DNA of 63,609 nt, filler included, from Rhabdomonas costata (GCA_019059605.1; 57 parts of 57 records of this genome joined end to end with filler, not necessarily neighbours in it), one strand, 5' to 3'. Positions 24,595-38,178 are shown, counted from the first letter of the whole stretch. A program made the numbers and translations. Notes: generated by a model from the sequence alone, not told the origin.

Positions 24595-25370
24595 GTGGTT
24601 TTGTACATCGTCACGGTGGCTGCGTTTGCAGCTCTGACGTACGCCGGGGCAGTGGTGGTGTGGGCCGTGGTTGGAGCGCTGGGCGCGACCTTCGTGGGGC
24701 TTCAGGTGGGGCTGGCGGTGGCGATGACTCGGGCCACATGGGAGCACCATGGGCTCCGGGCAAGGCTGGAGGAGCATGCGAGGGAGAACGAGGTCGCGGG
24801 CAAGATCATCTCCAGGCTGGTACTGCGTGATGAAGAATGAGAGAGACCGCGCGGCTGTCTGAAAGATGCATTCCTGTGAAAATTTGCTTTCATGGTGCAG
24901 GGTTGAAACAACCAAAATGAAGGGCAATAATGTCCTGTTTAAGAAATGCGGCTTGATTCCGATTTGATTTGAATGGAGAAGGCCGTTGGTCATTAACGAC
25001 CCGTTCCTTGCTTTGTGATCGCAAGGCCATGATGGAAGTGGATGGCCTGGAGACCCTCTTCATGGGCGAGAGCTCCCCCCTCCTGGCCGACCTGTGGGCA
25101 GTGGTGGAGAGCATCACTCTGCTTCTCCCTCACATCCCAGACCACCTTCTGGCGCAGCTCCGGGAGGATCACCAGGACGACCTCAGCGCGCCCCCGGCTG
25201 AAGCCGAACTCCACGAACCTCGAAGCATGATGAATAGCTCGCTCAACCCCTTGGACGGGCCCTCGCCTTCCCTCCCGGTCCTGCGGCGGCGTGGCCCCGT
25301 TTGCGCTCCCACGGGCCGTGAGATGTCTTCGGTGCCCCTTCTTGCTTTGCACGTGCTCTGGTCTTTGCAC
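24595..25370 (+). CDS. Two exons (~24595-24819, 25026-~25370) of a multi-TM protein, likely a membrane adenylate/guanylate-cyclase-like receptor
   Basis: Phase-0 GT-AG intron 24820-25025 joins IISRL|AMMEVDGL; TM helices, then coiled coil, then LLPHIPDHLL (pre-cyclase xxPYLPxxL-like motif); the 3' boundary is uncertain. Confidence 0.55.
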
Positions 25371-28300
25371 TCTGTAAGTCGTGTTGGCGTGGCCTACCCT
25401 AGGTCTAGCATAACATTGGAGGTGCCGAAGGCCGCATCACCGCAAATAATTTCCAACTCGAATGAGTATTCACTAAATCATGCGTTTCCTTCGGAAACTT
25501 TCGTTTCCCGGGGCCCAGGAGAAGGCGACGGGAGGAAAGGTACACAACTGTTTTCATTTTCACAACCAAGGTGGGTTGTGTACAGCGTTGGGGCCGTGGC
25601 AGTTCACAGANNNNNNNNNNNNNNNNNNNNNNNNNNNNNNNNNNNNNNNNNNNNTTAATTAATTAANNNNNNNNNNNNNNNNNNNNNNNNNNNNNNNNNN
25701 NNNNNNNNNNTCTGAGAAATAACTTCTTCCCCAATAACTCCTTTGTCGGCTCATAGTCCATTATTCGACCTCCCCTGCCGTCTGTGTGATCCTCTGGACC
25801 GCAAACCTCACAACCTCTAGCCTCTGCATTCTGCAGCAACGGAATCTTCCATGTCTGGATCCGGAAATTTAGCTGGGGCTTCACTGGCTCTTTAATTGCT
25901 TTCTTGACCGCTGGGGGTGGAGCCGAGGCCGATATCGGCCCTCGCTCCCTTTTCAAGGTCCGCCCTTTCCTCGTCTCTGCATCAACTGCCTCATCATCAT
26001 CATCAACGTGATCTCTAAGAGCTGCCAATGGATCTCGAATGACGTCTGCACCATTCGCACTCAAGCTCATTACTGTGCAACCCTTATCTGTGGAACTCTT
26101 ATCTCCGCTCTCACTTGGCATGGGTTGGTGGTGATGCACCTCCTGCACTCTGTTGTCCTCCACCGGCACTGCTCTCTGCAACTGGAGCCCCGCTGGGTCC
26201 ACCCATATAGGGATCTGAATTGACTTCCTGGTCATCTCTCTGCATAACATCCTATGGAGCACATGTGGCGTCTGCTCTACTCCCATTCCTATGAAAAGGT
26301 AAAACTCATCTGGAGCACTTAGTATCCACGAAATACATCTGCTTTCAAAGATAGAAACTCTGAAATATGTCCATTTACTCCGCTGCGCATAGTCCTCTCA
26401 GTTTTCCACTCCCTCTGCATACTGATACGGAAGTTTGGTGGAGCAACAACAGGTCGTAACACCCCCGCTCTCGCAATTTATGAAAAGCAAACACAGACAT
26501 CTCCTCTTCAAGTCTTTCTGGATTCTTTAGCAACTCCAAAATCTGGTCTTTAACTATGTCCAACTTCAGCCAGAACCTCACCCACCATTGGTACTGTGGA
26601 GAATTAATAGGCTCTTGAGTCAAAGCTTTGTCTACGTTCAACAGATCTAGACCCATGCCACTCAAACAGTGCAGCATGGCCTTCTACTCTAGTGGAATCA
26701 CAAGTATAATATCTGCAAAAACCCACACNNNNNNNNNNNNNNNNNNNNNNNNNNNNNNNNNNNNNNNNNNNNTTAATTAATTAANNNNNNNNNNNNNNNN
26801 NNNNNNNNNNNNNNNNNNNNNNNNNNNNTGCCAGACGCCCTTTTTCAGCGTTAAATCCTGTTTCTGCCGTCAAACCGTAAGATCTTTTTTTTGGGGGATA
26901 TAACCGGCTTATTACCGTCTGTGGGAGAGCAGCAATGTACGGCCCCTGGGATTTCGAGAAGAAGCTTGTAAGATAACGTTCCTTGTTAACAAGGCCAGAA
27001 ACATCCTGGGAATTGTTTCGCTTGTAAGTGGTGATACCGTTTTTCGCCTGGCCACCAAAATGAGATCACGCAAACGCGAGCCTCCCCTTCTCCTCGCCGG
27101 AAGGCAATTCAAGCAGTGCTATTCTGACATCGGAGTTGCACTTAGGGTAAGCCCCGCACACCTCTTGCAAGGCAACCACAAAGGCCTCTCGGACCCGCTG
27201 CTCTTCTTGCGCGACCTCAGGGGGGCAGCTCGTGCACACAATCCCTGTACCCAAAAAACCTAAAAACGACATAAAAGAAAAAAACAGAGGACAAAGAATG
27301 ATTCTCCCCAATCCATTTTCCAGAGAGTTGGAGCAGAGCTTCCTCGGGCGCCCAGCCGCACGAAGGGGCGACAAATAGAGAGTGCTACGCCACTGGTTTA
27401 ACTGGAAAGGTACAACGTTGAACCACTGTGTGTTGTCTAACCTACTTAAGGGCAGCGCACAAGGCACGGTCCCAGGCGACCCAGGCAGGGTGGCACACCA
27501 GGAGAACAACGAGCGGAATGAACAAAGTTCCTTAGGACGAGAAGCTTCCCACGCAGCTCGGAAACCTTGCAAAAGCAAAGCAAAAAAAAATGCTAGACAG
27601 CATCTATGGCAACACGGTTTCGCTGCCGTCTCGGGGAATTAAAGTATGGCCCCGCCGTGTCAAAGTGAGAAGCGGAAAACTACAGCAACAGTTAATATCA
27701 CACGAACACCGGGAAAAGATCCACACACACACACACCCAGAAAGGGTAACCGGGTAACCTGAATTTAGGAGCTTCCAACACACAATAAACAGCAAGGCAG
27801 ACGTAGTTTACAAAAGACGTCTTGTTTACTCCCTAAACCCCACACANNNNNNNNNNNNNNNNNNNNNNNNNNNNNNNNNNNNNNNNNNNNTTAATTAATT
27901 AANNNNNNNNNNNNNNNNNNNNNNNNNNNNNNNNNNNNNNNNNNNNTGTGTTTGTGCAGATGATCAGCTTCCGCAGGTCCTGCGGGGTCGGATCATCTGC
28001 ACAAACGAACCAGTCACAGGATCTGGGCGCATTCGTTTCTTTTCCGAAACTTTTCTAACGCTACAAAAAAAGAGACCTTTCTACCGTTCCTAAGGTTTTT
28101 TGGATGTGTAATCCCTCTGACGATTTTTGAATTACAGCAAAAACAAAGGCTAGCAAAACCAGCGGGAAACAGAAACAAAAAGAGATGGAGCAAAAAAAAG
28201 AATAAACAACCCCCACTGTCTACAAAATACGATTTATCCGTCTAAAAGTAGGAGGAGAAAGTGCCACGAGTTCTTCTTCGGTGGATGGGTGTGGGAATGC

Positions 28301-30333
28301 TGCTGTGTGTGGTGCCATAAGCCACTGGTGTGTTGCGTTGTTGCTCTTGTCGTTGGGTTCTTGCATACCTTTTTATCTGCTGAGGCATGAATCTGAACTT
28401 GCGTCTGACTGAACTGGCTGGGTTGTCTTGCGTCAATGGAATATCGTATCGTCCTAGGTGGTGCAGGTGGTGGTCTAGTTCTTGGTAGTTCAAGCTCAGA
28501 AACTCCACCCATTGACCAGTTCTCCGTTGTAGGCCACTTCTACGTTTGCCGCGTAGCATATGCTACAAGACAACACCATGAACCAAAATCATTCACCGCG
28601 GTACAGGAGCCTGGAAAAAAGCCAAAAAGAACTTTCCTGACCACCTCCACCCCAGCGGCCACGTCTGCCTCGTAGGAGGTGAAAGGTCAATTTCTACTTT
28701 AACGTCCGAAAGTGGCCCTGCGTTGTTCTTCTCTTTCTCTGAGCCATGTGCGCGTCAGAGTTTGTACTGGGGAAACGGCCAAGCTGCTCCCCAGGCAACC
28801 ACAGGAGGGGGGGGGGAGGTCGCAATCATTCTGTAGCCGTTTCTGCATAATCATAGCGGTGGGGATGCAGTAGCAGCATTGCTCATTTGTCAGTATTATA
28901 TTACTCAGCTTTTTTAGCGATCCCTTTGCCATTGCAAGCGATTAACGCTTCTCCCCCACCACCCNNNNNNNNNNNNNNNNNNNNNNNNNNNNNNNNNNNN
29001 NNNNNNNNTTAATTAATTAANNNNNNNNNNNNNNNNNNNNNNNNNNNNNNNNNNNNNNNNNNNNGCTTTTGTGGCTGGTGCAATCCATGCCAGAAAGTAG
29101 GCTCGCACAAAGATTCGGAAGTCGGATCAGATCAGGTTCAAAGACAATGGTGGAGGCCTAGGGTAGGCAGACAACTGGGCTGCAGTTGGGGTCGATTTGT
29201 GTATGTTCTGGTACCGTTCTTTCACTACTTTTTTTTTCGCTGGGTGACATCCGCCATGGTCACCGGGACCGGACCGGAGACCTAATATTCTCAGAACTCG
29301 AGCTAGAGTGACGGGTTGGGGCTCATATTTGGTGGTATGGTAGTGCTCCTGAGATGAGTTGGTTGGCCGCTTCCCGGCCTCGAACTCCTTCTCTATGCCG
29401 AGATATGGCCCCTTCAAGGTCCCACTTTGGCCCTTTCCAGAGCCTGGGGTGCACTTTTCGGACCTTTGCAGACCTGCATACTGGACCTAAGCTTTCGGCC
29501 GGGCCTGCGTAGCATACCTAAGGGTACGGCCCAGGAGTATTTCATGCTGGCACCGGAGTGGGCCGGAATGCTTCGGTTTAGAGCCACGCTAGAGGCCGTT
29601 TAAGGGCCCTATTGGGGTGTTTTTGGGCTCCTTTTTTTTTTTTTGCCTTTACACAGGCTTGGAAGGACCTTTTGTTTTTGCACTGGCTTTATATCGGGCT
29701 TGCGCTTTGATAAGAGAAAGAACGGTAGGCTGGCACACCGTCCGCCCACCTGCACGCCGGTGTGCCAGCAACGATTTATTTATTTGTTTCTGCGTTGCTG
29801 AAATCTGGGAGTTGAAGCATGCATCCCCTGCTTGCGCGGCAATGAATATGGCGATCCTCCTTCAGATCCCTTGGAACGATGCATCGCCAAACCTCTGTCT
29901 TTTCCTCTTACCGCCTACAAATCACTTTGCACGTGCTTGTCGGACACCGCTCTCTACACACCACGATCTTACGGGGGCCTCTCTCCGCCACAGCCCCTCG
30001 GGGACCTGAGCAACCGACCCATCCTCCGATTTCAGATGTTCCTCATAAAGCCAACACCAACACCAAACACCCGAACCAAAACNNNNNNNNNNNNNNNNNN
30101 NNNNNNNNNNNNNNNNNNNNNNNNNNTTAATTAATTAANNNNNNNNNNNNNNNNNNNNNNNNNNNNNNNNNNNNNNNNNNNNTTCATTTATCGCTTTGTG
30201 TGGGTACATAGGTAAGAAGGCAGAGTTGTCCGGTAATGGTAAAATTCTCCTCCGATCGATGAGGAAGGAGTTCATGGAGGGTAGCATAGTGCCAAATTAT
30301 GGGTATTGGCGCCAGACCCACACACCCACAGAC

Positions 30334-31105
30334 CGAGGCTGTCCTCCGGTGGGACCAGCTTCCTGAGGATGCCGAGGCAAGGGGCGAGCACAGCTCGGGG
30401 CTATGGGCACGGCCGGGGCTGGCATCGGTGAGCGCTGCCTTGATGCCTTGCAGCAGCTGTACCACCATCTTCCAGTGCGGGCTGCCCAGGCTTACAAAGT
30501 TCGCGCTTCCGCCACCACTTGAGCTAAATCTCCGCCGCTGCTCACTTCCCTCGATCAGCCCTGCAGGTCAACCACACGGGAAGGACGCAGTTGAGGCACA
30601 CGGTAGAGACGCAGGGAAGGGAGAGACCAACTTTAGTCATTAATAAACGGGCGCTGATGGTGTTTTGACAGCTCCCCTTCCCTTAGCCCCAATCTTCGCG
30701 GTGTCCTGGTAAGTGACGGTGCGCGGCCTAAGGTTTTTGCAAAATCCTTCCCCATTTTTCGACCGGGCGGCGCTGCCACAAAACAATTCGAAAAGTGCCC
30801 TTTAGGGATGATAGATGATGAGGAAAAAATGCAGTTATACCTGAACTCATAACAAGACAGGCTACATCATCTTGTCGGTCATACAGAATCTGTGCTCATT
30901 CCCACAAGTGAGAGACCAGGGTTTCAGGCTCAAACCAGAGGTCGCGTTGGGGTGAGGAGAAGCGAGGGCACAGCGCGTGGCAGAGGAAGCAGGCCTGTTA
31001 GCATCGGCTTCAGCACGGGGTTTTCGGCGCACTCCTGCAGGAACCCCGCGAGGGTCACCCGCCCGTCATGGTCGTGGTCACAGTCCGAGAAGAGTGCCTT
31101 CGTGT
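30334..31105 (-). CDS. Two exons (31105-30995, 30560-30334): EF-hand followed by a PIP5K N-terminal-like motif
   Basis: EF loop DHDHDGRVTLAGF; second exon FVSLGSPHWKMVVQLLQGIKAAL resembles PIP5K GHxxWxLxLNMxxGIRxAV; joined in frame through a GC-AG intron 30994-30561. Confidence 0.6.
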
Positions 31106-31303
31106 CTTTGAAAAAAGCGATCACCAGGAAAAACCTCGGCAAATAAATATTATTGAGCAAAACCTTAAATTCTAATCCACCATAAAAGTCAAACCAAACC
31201 NNNNNNNNNNNNNNNNNNNNNNNNNNNNNNNNNNNNNNNNNNNNTTAATTAATTAANNNNNNNNNNNNNNNNNNNNNNNNNNNNNNNNNNNNNNNNNNNN
31301 GTT

Positions 31304-31345
31304 GGAAATGGAAATGGAAATGGAAATGGAAATGGAAATGGAAAT
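31304..31345. repeat. (GGAAAT)7 microsatellite
   Basis: Read directly from the sequence. Confidence 0.95.
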
Positions 31346-33610
31346 GGGCGAATGGAAGTGCGAAGTCATCCGATTTTACCCCCTCCCCCTAAAACAAAGT
31401 GAGATAAATGGCAGCTTCTTGAAGGCCTCTACCAAGAGTCTCGAGGGCCACAGCAAGACTATGGGCGGAGGGAAAGGTTAGGAGCGACCAGTACCAAATG
31501 TATGATAAATGTACGATACTGTCCCTTCTCAACCCTATTCAACTGGCACCGTACGTTTTTGGAGCGAAGCGACCATCACTCTTCTATTCCACCCTACTTT
31601 TTTGTGAAGGGCCATAACACCGCGCCTCAATCGCCGAGTCACGTTGAGTTTCACGTCACAAGGCTTCATCCAAGTCATGGTCACGCAATCCCAATACAAA
31701 CAACTTCGGGTGTTCGGTGCTGCCGCACAGGCGGTTGGCTTCTCGGACGAAACGGCGACCTTCGCTACGTTCCAGTGTTGGCTGGTTAGCCAAAGGTGCA
31801 ACAAGGAGGCGGCCTGAGGTCCCCCTACAGAGTGTCTACAGCTGGGACAGCTTGGCTGCAGCTAGGGCGCTGGAGGGCATCCACTGACGTTCCTCCACAG
31901 AGCAGGGACGCCAGCAGACAGTGTTCTGGTGGTCCTGGTGGGCACACCGGAAGCCTGTGTGGAACAGGACAGCCCACCGCCTTCCACATTAGATGAAGAA
32001 TGTAATATTTTCAATTTTTCAACTTTTCAGCTGAAAACTACCAAAACTTGAAAAATATGAAAGAAAAAATGAATCACCGGCTGGAGTATGTGAATTGGCG
32101 CATTGCCACTTTTTTATGGTGCGCGGCAGCGCCAGGAAGGGACAAGCCCCACTTCAGGGACAAGGGATGCACCATAAAATAAAGGAATGCACCATAAAAA
32201 AACTGGACGGGGTCATAAAGCAGTTGAACACAACCTAAAGTGAAGTGGTCTCACAACAGCGCGTTAAGAACAAAGTGAGAAAGTAATCTTCATCAACCTA
32301 GCGTTTACAGGACCGTACNNNNNNNNNNNNNNNNNNNNNNNNNNNNNNNNNNNNNNNNNNNNTTAATTAATTAANNNNNNNNNNNNNNNNNNNNNNNNNN
32401 NNNNNNNNNNNNNNNNNNGGTTGGTTTGGGCAAGCCTCAACGGGCGAGTACGTCAAGCTAAACGGCACGCAATGTATCGCCAGATCGGCCTCGCCCGTTG
32501 AGGCTTGCCCGCGACCTCTGATCAAAGACCATAGTAACGTATTATTGTTAACCATGAAAAATTTCAAAACCAGAAATTCCCTCGTTTTGGTTCACAACCT
32601 AACGTACGTTATTTGTAAAAGGCCCCATTTTTGCTCGGTGCAGATGTATTTTTTCTCTCTCTCTTGCCCGTGCAGAGTCGCTTAAGATCGGCCAGGACCT
32701 TCGCGAGCAGGTTCACTCTGCCTTTCATGGGCTGGACCTGATTCCCAGTGACGTCGCCTTTGGCATCCTGTGCCTGCATGCGGTGGAAAAGCTTCAGCCA
32801 GGTTGTTCGCGCACACCCGCCTTTTAGGTGGTCTGTGGTTTTTCTGCTGATGGCCGCCGCCTCCGTCCTCTGTGACGGCCATGACGGCAATGGCAGCCAT
32901 CCATAACCGCGACTGAGAGCGTGGGGGTGTTCGAAACTTTCGAATTTTTTTCGAACGAGATTCCTATTTGTCCAACTCAGGAACGGTTGCAGGGGTTGTC
33001 TGTTGAGCGGCACGGCTGTCTCCCATATCACTTTCTACTTTTCAGTCTGCTGTATTGTCGTTTCTTTCCTACTGCCACGCCTCAACCATGCTCATGCACT
33101 TATATACCATGTCCATTTCATTTAGTCCTCTCCCTCCACCTCCCAAGCGTTTCTCGTTGCTCTTTCGCACTGGGGACCTTGGATATTGCGTTATATTTGC
33201 CATTGCTTCCATCTCTTTTTTCCATTTGGGTTTGGCAGAAATCTCCGCCGCCTCCAGACTTCCCATCTCCCGCGCGACGGTCTCGCAGCCCATCTTAGAC
33301 ATACTGAGGCACTTTTTCCCATACTGCGTGGCCTCGTACGGGCACAGCTCGGTGAAGTCCGAGCACCCTGGGTCCTGGAAACGCCGTCTTCGGCGCCTCT
33401 TTGGACGCCGTGGTAATGCACTTCCCCCCCCACCCCNNNNNNNNNNNNNNNNNNNNNNNNNNNNNNNNNNNNNNNNNNNNTTAATTAATTAANNNNNNNN
33501 NNNNNNNNNNNNNNNNNNNNNNNNNNNNNNNNNNNNGGGGGGTGTGGCTTCCTTCCGGTAAAGTGGGTGCAAGAGTTGGCGCGGATCTCCCCTCTCTCCC
33601 TACCACACAC

Positions 33611-34531
33611 CGTGCTGCCGGTGAGGCGGTAGTCCTTGTCCGCCATCATGTCGTGGACGACGCACTTCTGGTACAGCAGGTCGATGAAAGGGGTGAATGC
33701 CTCGCGGTTCAGGCCCCCGAGGTACAGGTCGGACGGCGGGCGGTTCGACGTGCTCACCATCACCACTCCCCTCTCAAACAGAGCTTTGTGTATGTGCGTG
33801 TTTGTGTGTGTGTGTGTGTGTGTGCGTGCGTGCGTGTGGCGCGCACGCCGGTCGAAAGAGAAAGCATCCGAAACCGTTCCCATTATCAGAAGTCCAACGT
33901 CCCTCCCACCATCCTTCCTCTGACCGCGGGTGTTCAACGTTCTTGCACGCCTCAGACCATGCCCTGATTTAGGAACCGGGCGGGAGCTGCTCCAAAAATC
34001 AATTCCGGGGTCGGCGCGCGCTTCACGGCTGAAATATTCATTCGGATTCTATTAGTGAGTATTTGGTGACAACTTGAGGACGGAAACGTGTTATAGATTG
34101 ATTTGAGAAAACGTCTTTTGGTTTCTCATTGGTTAGCTGCTTTTTTCGGTGGGGGAGGGGCCAAGGCGAACCCACTGAATGGATGGAGGTAGATAACCGC
34201 TTTTCGCGTTGTGAGCGGCCACCGTTCGTTCTAATCTGGATGTTTCTGGGGCTACAGTCTATGTCCCACCGCAATCTTACTCCTCCCTCTGCTTTCTCAT
34301 AAATCTCAAGGGCAGGCCTTGGTAAGGGTCTTCCTTTGTGAAGGTAATGGGATGGTGTACAGGAAAGAGGAAGAGGTTGGAGCGCAACTGATGAGTGGGT
34401 GGCACAGGGCCACGGAGCACATCACATACACCGGTGAACATTCTTCGCAGGATCATCGCGTCCGCGATGTCCGTGACTTGGAACTCGTCAAAGCACAGCA
34501 GCTCGAACTCCTTCGTCAAGGCCTCCGCAAC
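33611..34531 (-). CDS. AFG1L: Two exons (34531-34432, 33783-33611) of AFG1/LACE1/ZapE-family ATPase
   Basis: Walker [19 protein letters not shown], plus [22 protein letters not shown] and DYR; phase-1 GT-AG intron 34431-33784 restores the frame. Confidence 0.95.
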
Positions 34532-34899
34532 CTAACAAAACATAGAATACCAATNNNNNNNNNNNNNNNNNNNNNNNNNNNNNNNNNNNNNNNNNNNNTT
34601 AATTAATTAANNNNNNNNNNNNNNNNNNNNNNNNNNNNNNNNNNNNNNNNNNNNCGGCTGCGGGAATGGCAGCAGGGCGCGGCTTCCAAGTAAATGCCGC
34701 CCGCTTCGAGGAAGCCATGCCGATGATACGCGCCGCGGCGTCCGAACAAGCTGCCGTGTGGCGCATTTCGGCGGCGAACGGACCTCGTGTTTTGTGTATC
34801 CGGTGCTTCCGCAAGACGCGCCAAGAGCAGGAGAATAGCCAGTAAGCCCGGAAACCGATAGACATTAACACCACCTTGGCCAGAAGATCCACCGGGCGG

Positions 34900-35089
34900 G
34901 GACGGACTCAGGTGTGACGGCCACGGACTGCATGGCGTCAGTACCACGAAAAGTCGTCACCTTTCCATTCTCTAGATTCCATACCTTGATCTTCAAGTCA
35001 TCGCTTTCTGACACAACGCCGCTTTCAGTGTCCACGACGGCCACCTTCATTGCAGACACACCTCCGACGATCAGCAGCTTAGAAGTCAC
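34900..35089 (-). CDS. WD40-repeat-like fragment, possibly decayed
   Basis: VVSESDDLKIKVWNLENGK...SVAVTP; no clean exon boundaries. Confidence 0.45.
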
Positions 35090-38000
35090 ACCCTCAATAG
35101 TTCTTCACTACGTCAACCTATGTGGTAATTGTGACTGGATTTTCAAGCCGTAGTGTATGTGTCTTCACTTTTCACATTGCCCTTGCGATCGTAAAAAAAG
35201 AATCATGAACAACAAAAACGGCATTTTAACACACTACCAGTCAAAGGACTGTAGAACAGCTCGACGGCAACCCAAGTCGCAAACCGAAAATTGCAGAACC
35301 ACACACACCTCTCATCTGGCACATTCGTTGTGTCACAAAAGTTTGCAGGATCGATTTTGCATTTTTGGAAGGGAGTGCGAGCCAATGGACCCATTGAGCT
35401 CCAAAAGCCAAAGCACCCCCCCACACTCTCTCCCCCACCCTCCCAAGCAAAGCCGGGATCAAGGATCCCCAGTCACACGATAATTCTGAGGGGATTCCCT
35501 CTCATAGGTTCCCAGGCTCCGAACGAGCCCGTTCACCGCGGCCTCGAGGATTTTCTTCTGGTCCGCATCGGAGAACTGCCCCAGGATCAGCCTGTTGGGC
35601 ACCAGCACGGTGGCAATGGTGCCTAGTTCCCCAACTTGGATCTGAATGTTGGCCTCGTCGCTGCTGGTCTGGNNNNNNNNNNNNNNNNNNNNNNNNNNNN
35701 NNNNNNNNNNNNNNNNTTAATTAATTAANNNNNNNNNNNNNNNNNNNNNNNNNNNNNNNNNNNNNNNNNNNNTGGGGGTTGGGAACCACTGGCCGCTCTG
35801 GGGCCTGAAAAAGCGGCTTGCCCGAGTACTGCTGAAGCACCGCCGTCAGCGCTGACGAAACCCAACAAGAAAATCAGTCGACCCTCCTTACCAGGTAAGG
35901 TATGACTCCGACAAATGGTGCAGTGGGTTTCGGCAAGTGCTTGCGGACAGGGAACGTTGCCGTCCAGTGGTTGTGCACGATAGTTGACATCAGGAATGAG
36001 AAGCATACCTTCCACGAACCCGCGCAGGGCTTCAGCTTCGGAATTGGAGAAGGGGTAGCTGCTGGAGCCTGAGCAAAGCCAGCGGAAAACGTACAAGGAA
36101 GAAAAACCAAAGAAGCGGGTGTTCCAACAACTTGCAGGGGCGAATTGACATGAAGCGCAAATGATAAACCCCATTTCACTCGGGAAGAACTTCTGATGTG
36201 CTGTTCTTAGAACTAAAGACCACCTTTCATCGATGTCTTGTGCTAAGCTCGACAGCATTCTTCTCTGTAACGGGTGCAGGTCGCTAAATTTCAGCATTCC
36301 GTTCCTTTCCGGTGGAAACATCGTACACACCAATTAGGACCAAACACGTCTGCGCTACATAACTTCGAGAAAATTGCACCAGCACGGGACACACGAAGTT
36401 TCGTAATCATTTATTCAGTGGCTGCCCAAGTGAAAGACAGTGCAACGTCTTGCAGTGGTGTTTGGCTGAAGTTGCTCAAAGGAAGCCTTTTGGACGACCA
36501 AAACAACCGCCCTGGACGAAATAGTTTCTGAGATAACCGGGCTAGCCTTCGATGGAAAGTGTGCAAGTTCGCATCCACAAGAACCCTGAAAGTTCGGACG
36601 ACAACTTGGGTCCGCAAGAGGCCCATGTCCCTTCGAAGAACATGATATCAATAAGCACGCGGTCAATAGCAGCAACTCAAGAATAATTCAGAACCACGTT
36701 TAGGGATAATCTGTAAAAAAATAGCTAATGCTCATATCCAAACCATGGAGAATACAAAAGTAAACCAAACCCCCAAACAAAAAAAAAACANNNNNNNNNN
36801 NNNNNNNNNNNNNNNNNNNNNNNNNNNNNNNNNNTTAATTAATTAANNNNNNNNNNNNNNNNNNNNNNNNNNNNNNNNNNNNNNNNNNNNTTTGTGGTTG
36901 ACTGGCGGCTGTTGGATGGGATGCTCAACGTGGGTCGTTTGAGCACATTGAGTGGGTACATACCCTCCTCCACAGCATTCAGGTAAATAAATTCAATGGT
37001 GCCCTTGAATTTTGCGACGAATCATAGGCAAAAATTCTACTTGTGGAGCACATGATAATAAGCAGGAGGTCGATAATACGTAATCAAAGGATTCACAGGC
37101 CAGGTTACCGTGCCCGCTTCGGCGGTTACCATGCCCACCTTACAAAACACACGAACTTTTTAAGACAATCCTTTGTAAGGCGCTGGTACAGGATTCCCGA
37201 TCTTTTTTAAACTTAAAACTTAAACAATTCGCGCGACCATTGGTAACAGTTACCCTTCCCCCAACAAAGATAACTAGGGCAAATCAAACTTGCGTTAAGC
37301 CCGCACAAGTCGGTTTCGGAAGATTGGAATTCTTGAACGTCAATTGGACTTAAAAAAATCCAAACACCTGCTCCTTGCGATGGCAAGTGCATTGTGTAAT
37401 GCAACCCCATTCCATCCGTTTAACCTCCACCCAGTCACACTCAAGACAAATCCTTGATTAACTTCATTCCGCACCACACTGTCCAAGTAGCATAATTGCT
37501 TCGAAACTTTGAATCTCCAGATTTGACAAAGCATATTTTCAGCAAGGATCGCAACTCGTCTTCAAGGAGTGAAGGAAGCGTCATTCTCTGGTCGACTCCG
37601 ATCTCGATGCCAGGAGCCAGGAGCATTCTCTCCTCTATCGGAGTCCGTCACCTTCGCAATATGCGGCAGCCTGCCTTTTCCCCTCTTGGGGAGCTTGGGG
37701 GCAGAAAGCTAGCGCTCCTCGCTCTCCATCAAATGTGCCCACGTGGCGTAAAGCAGCTTGTAGTATTGGACGTCTGATGGGCAGAACGGCAGCGGTTGAG
37801 CTATGGTGCGCTGCAGGGCATCGGGATCCACAGGGAACATCGCCGCAGCACCCACGGCCATGATCAGCACAAACAGCACAAGAAATTGGCCAATTCCGGA
37901 GATCTCCTNNNNNNNNNNNNNNNNNNNNNNNNNNNNNNNNNNNNNNNNNNNNTTAATTAATTAANNNNNNNNNNNNNNNNNNNNNNNNNNNNNNNNNNNN

Positions 38001-38178
38001 NNNNNNNNGTGTTCTGCAGCTTCAGCCACGTACAACATCCGGCGCCCGACTTTGCGAACCTAGCCGTGAATTATGCTACGTTGCTGGGACCAAACAAGGC
38101 AACAAGTCAACACACAAAAGAATCCCGGTGTCCGCAGCGATGTTCCCTCAGAAAATGCATGAATCAAAAACCGCTAAC

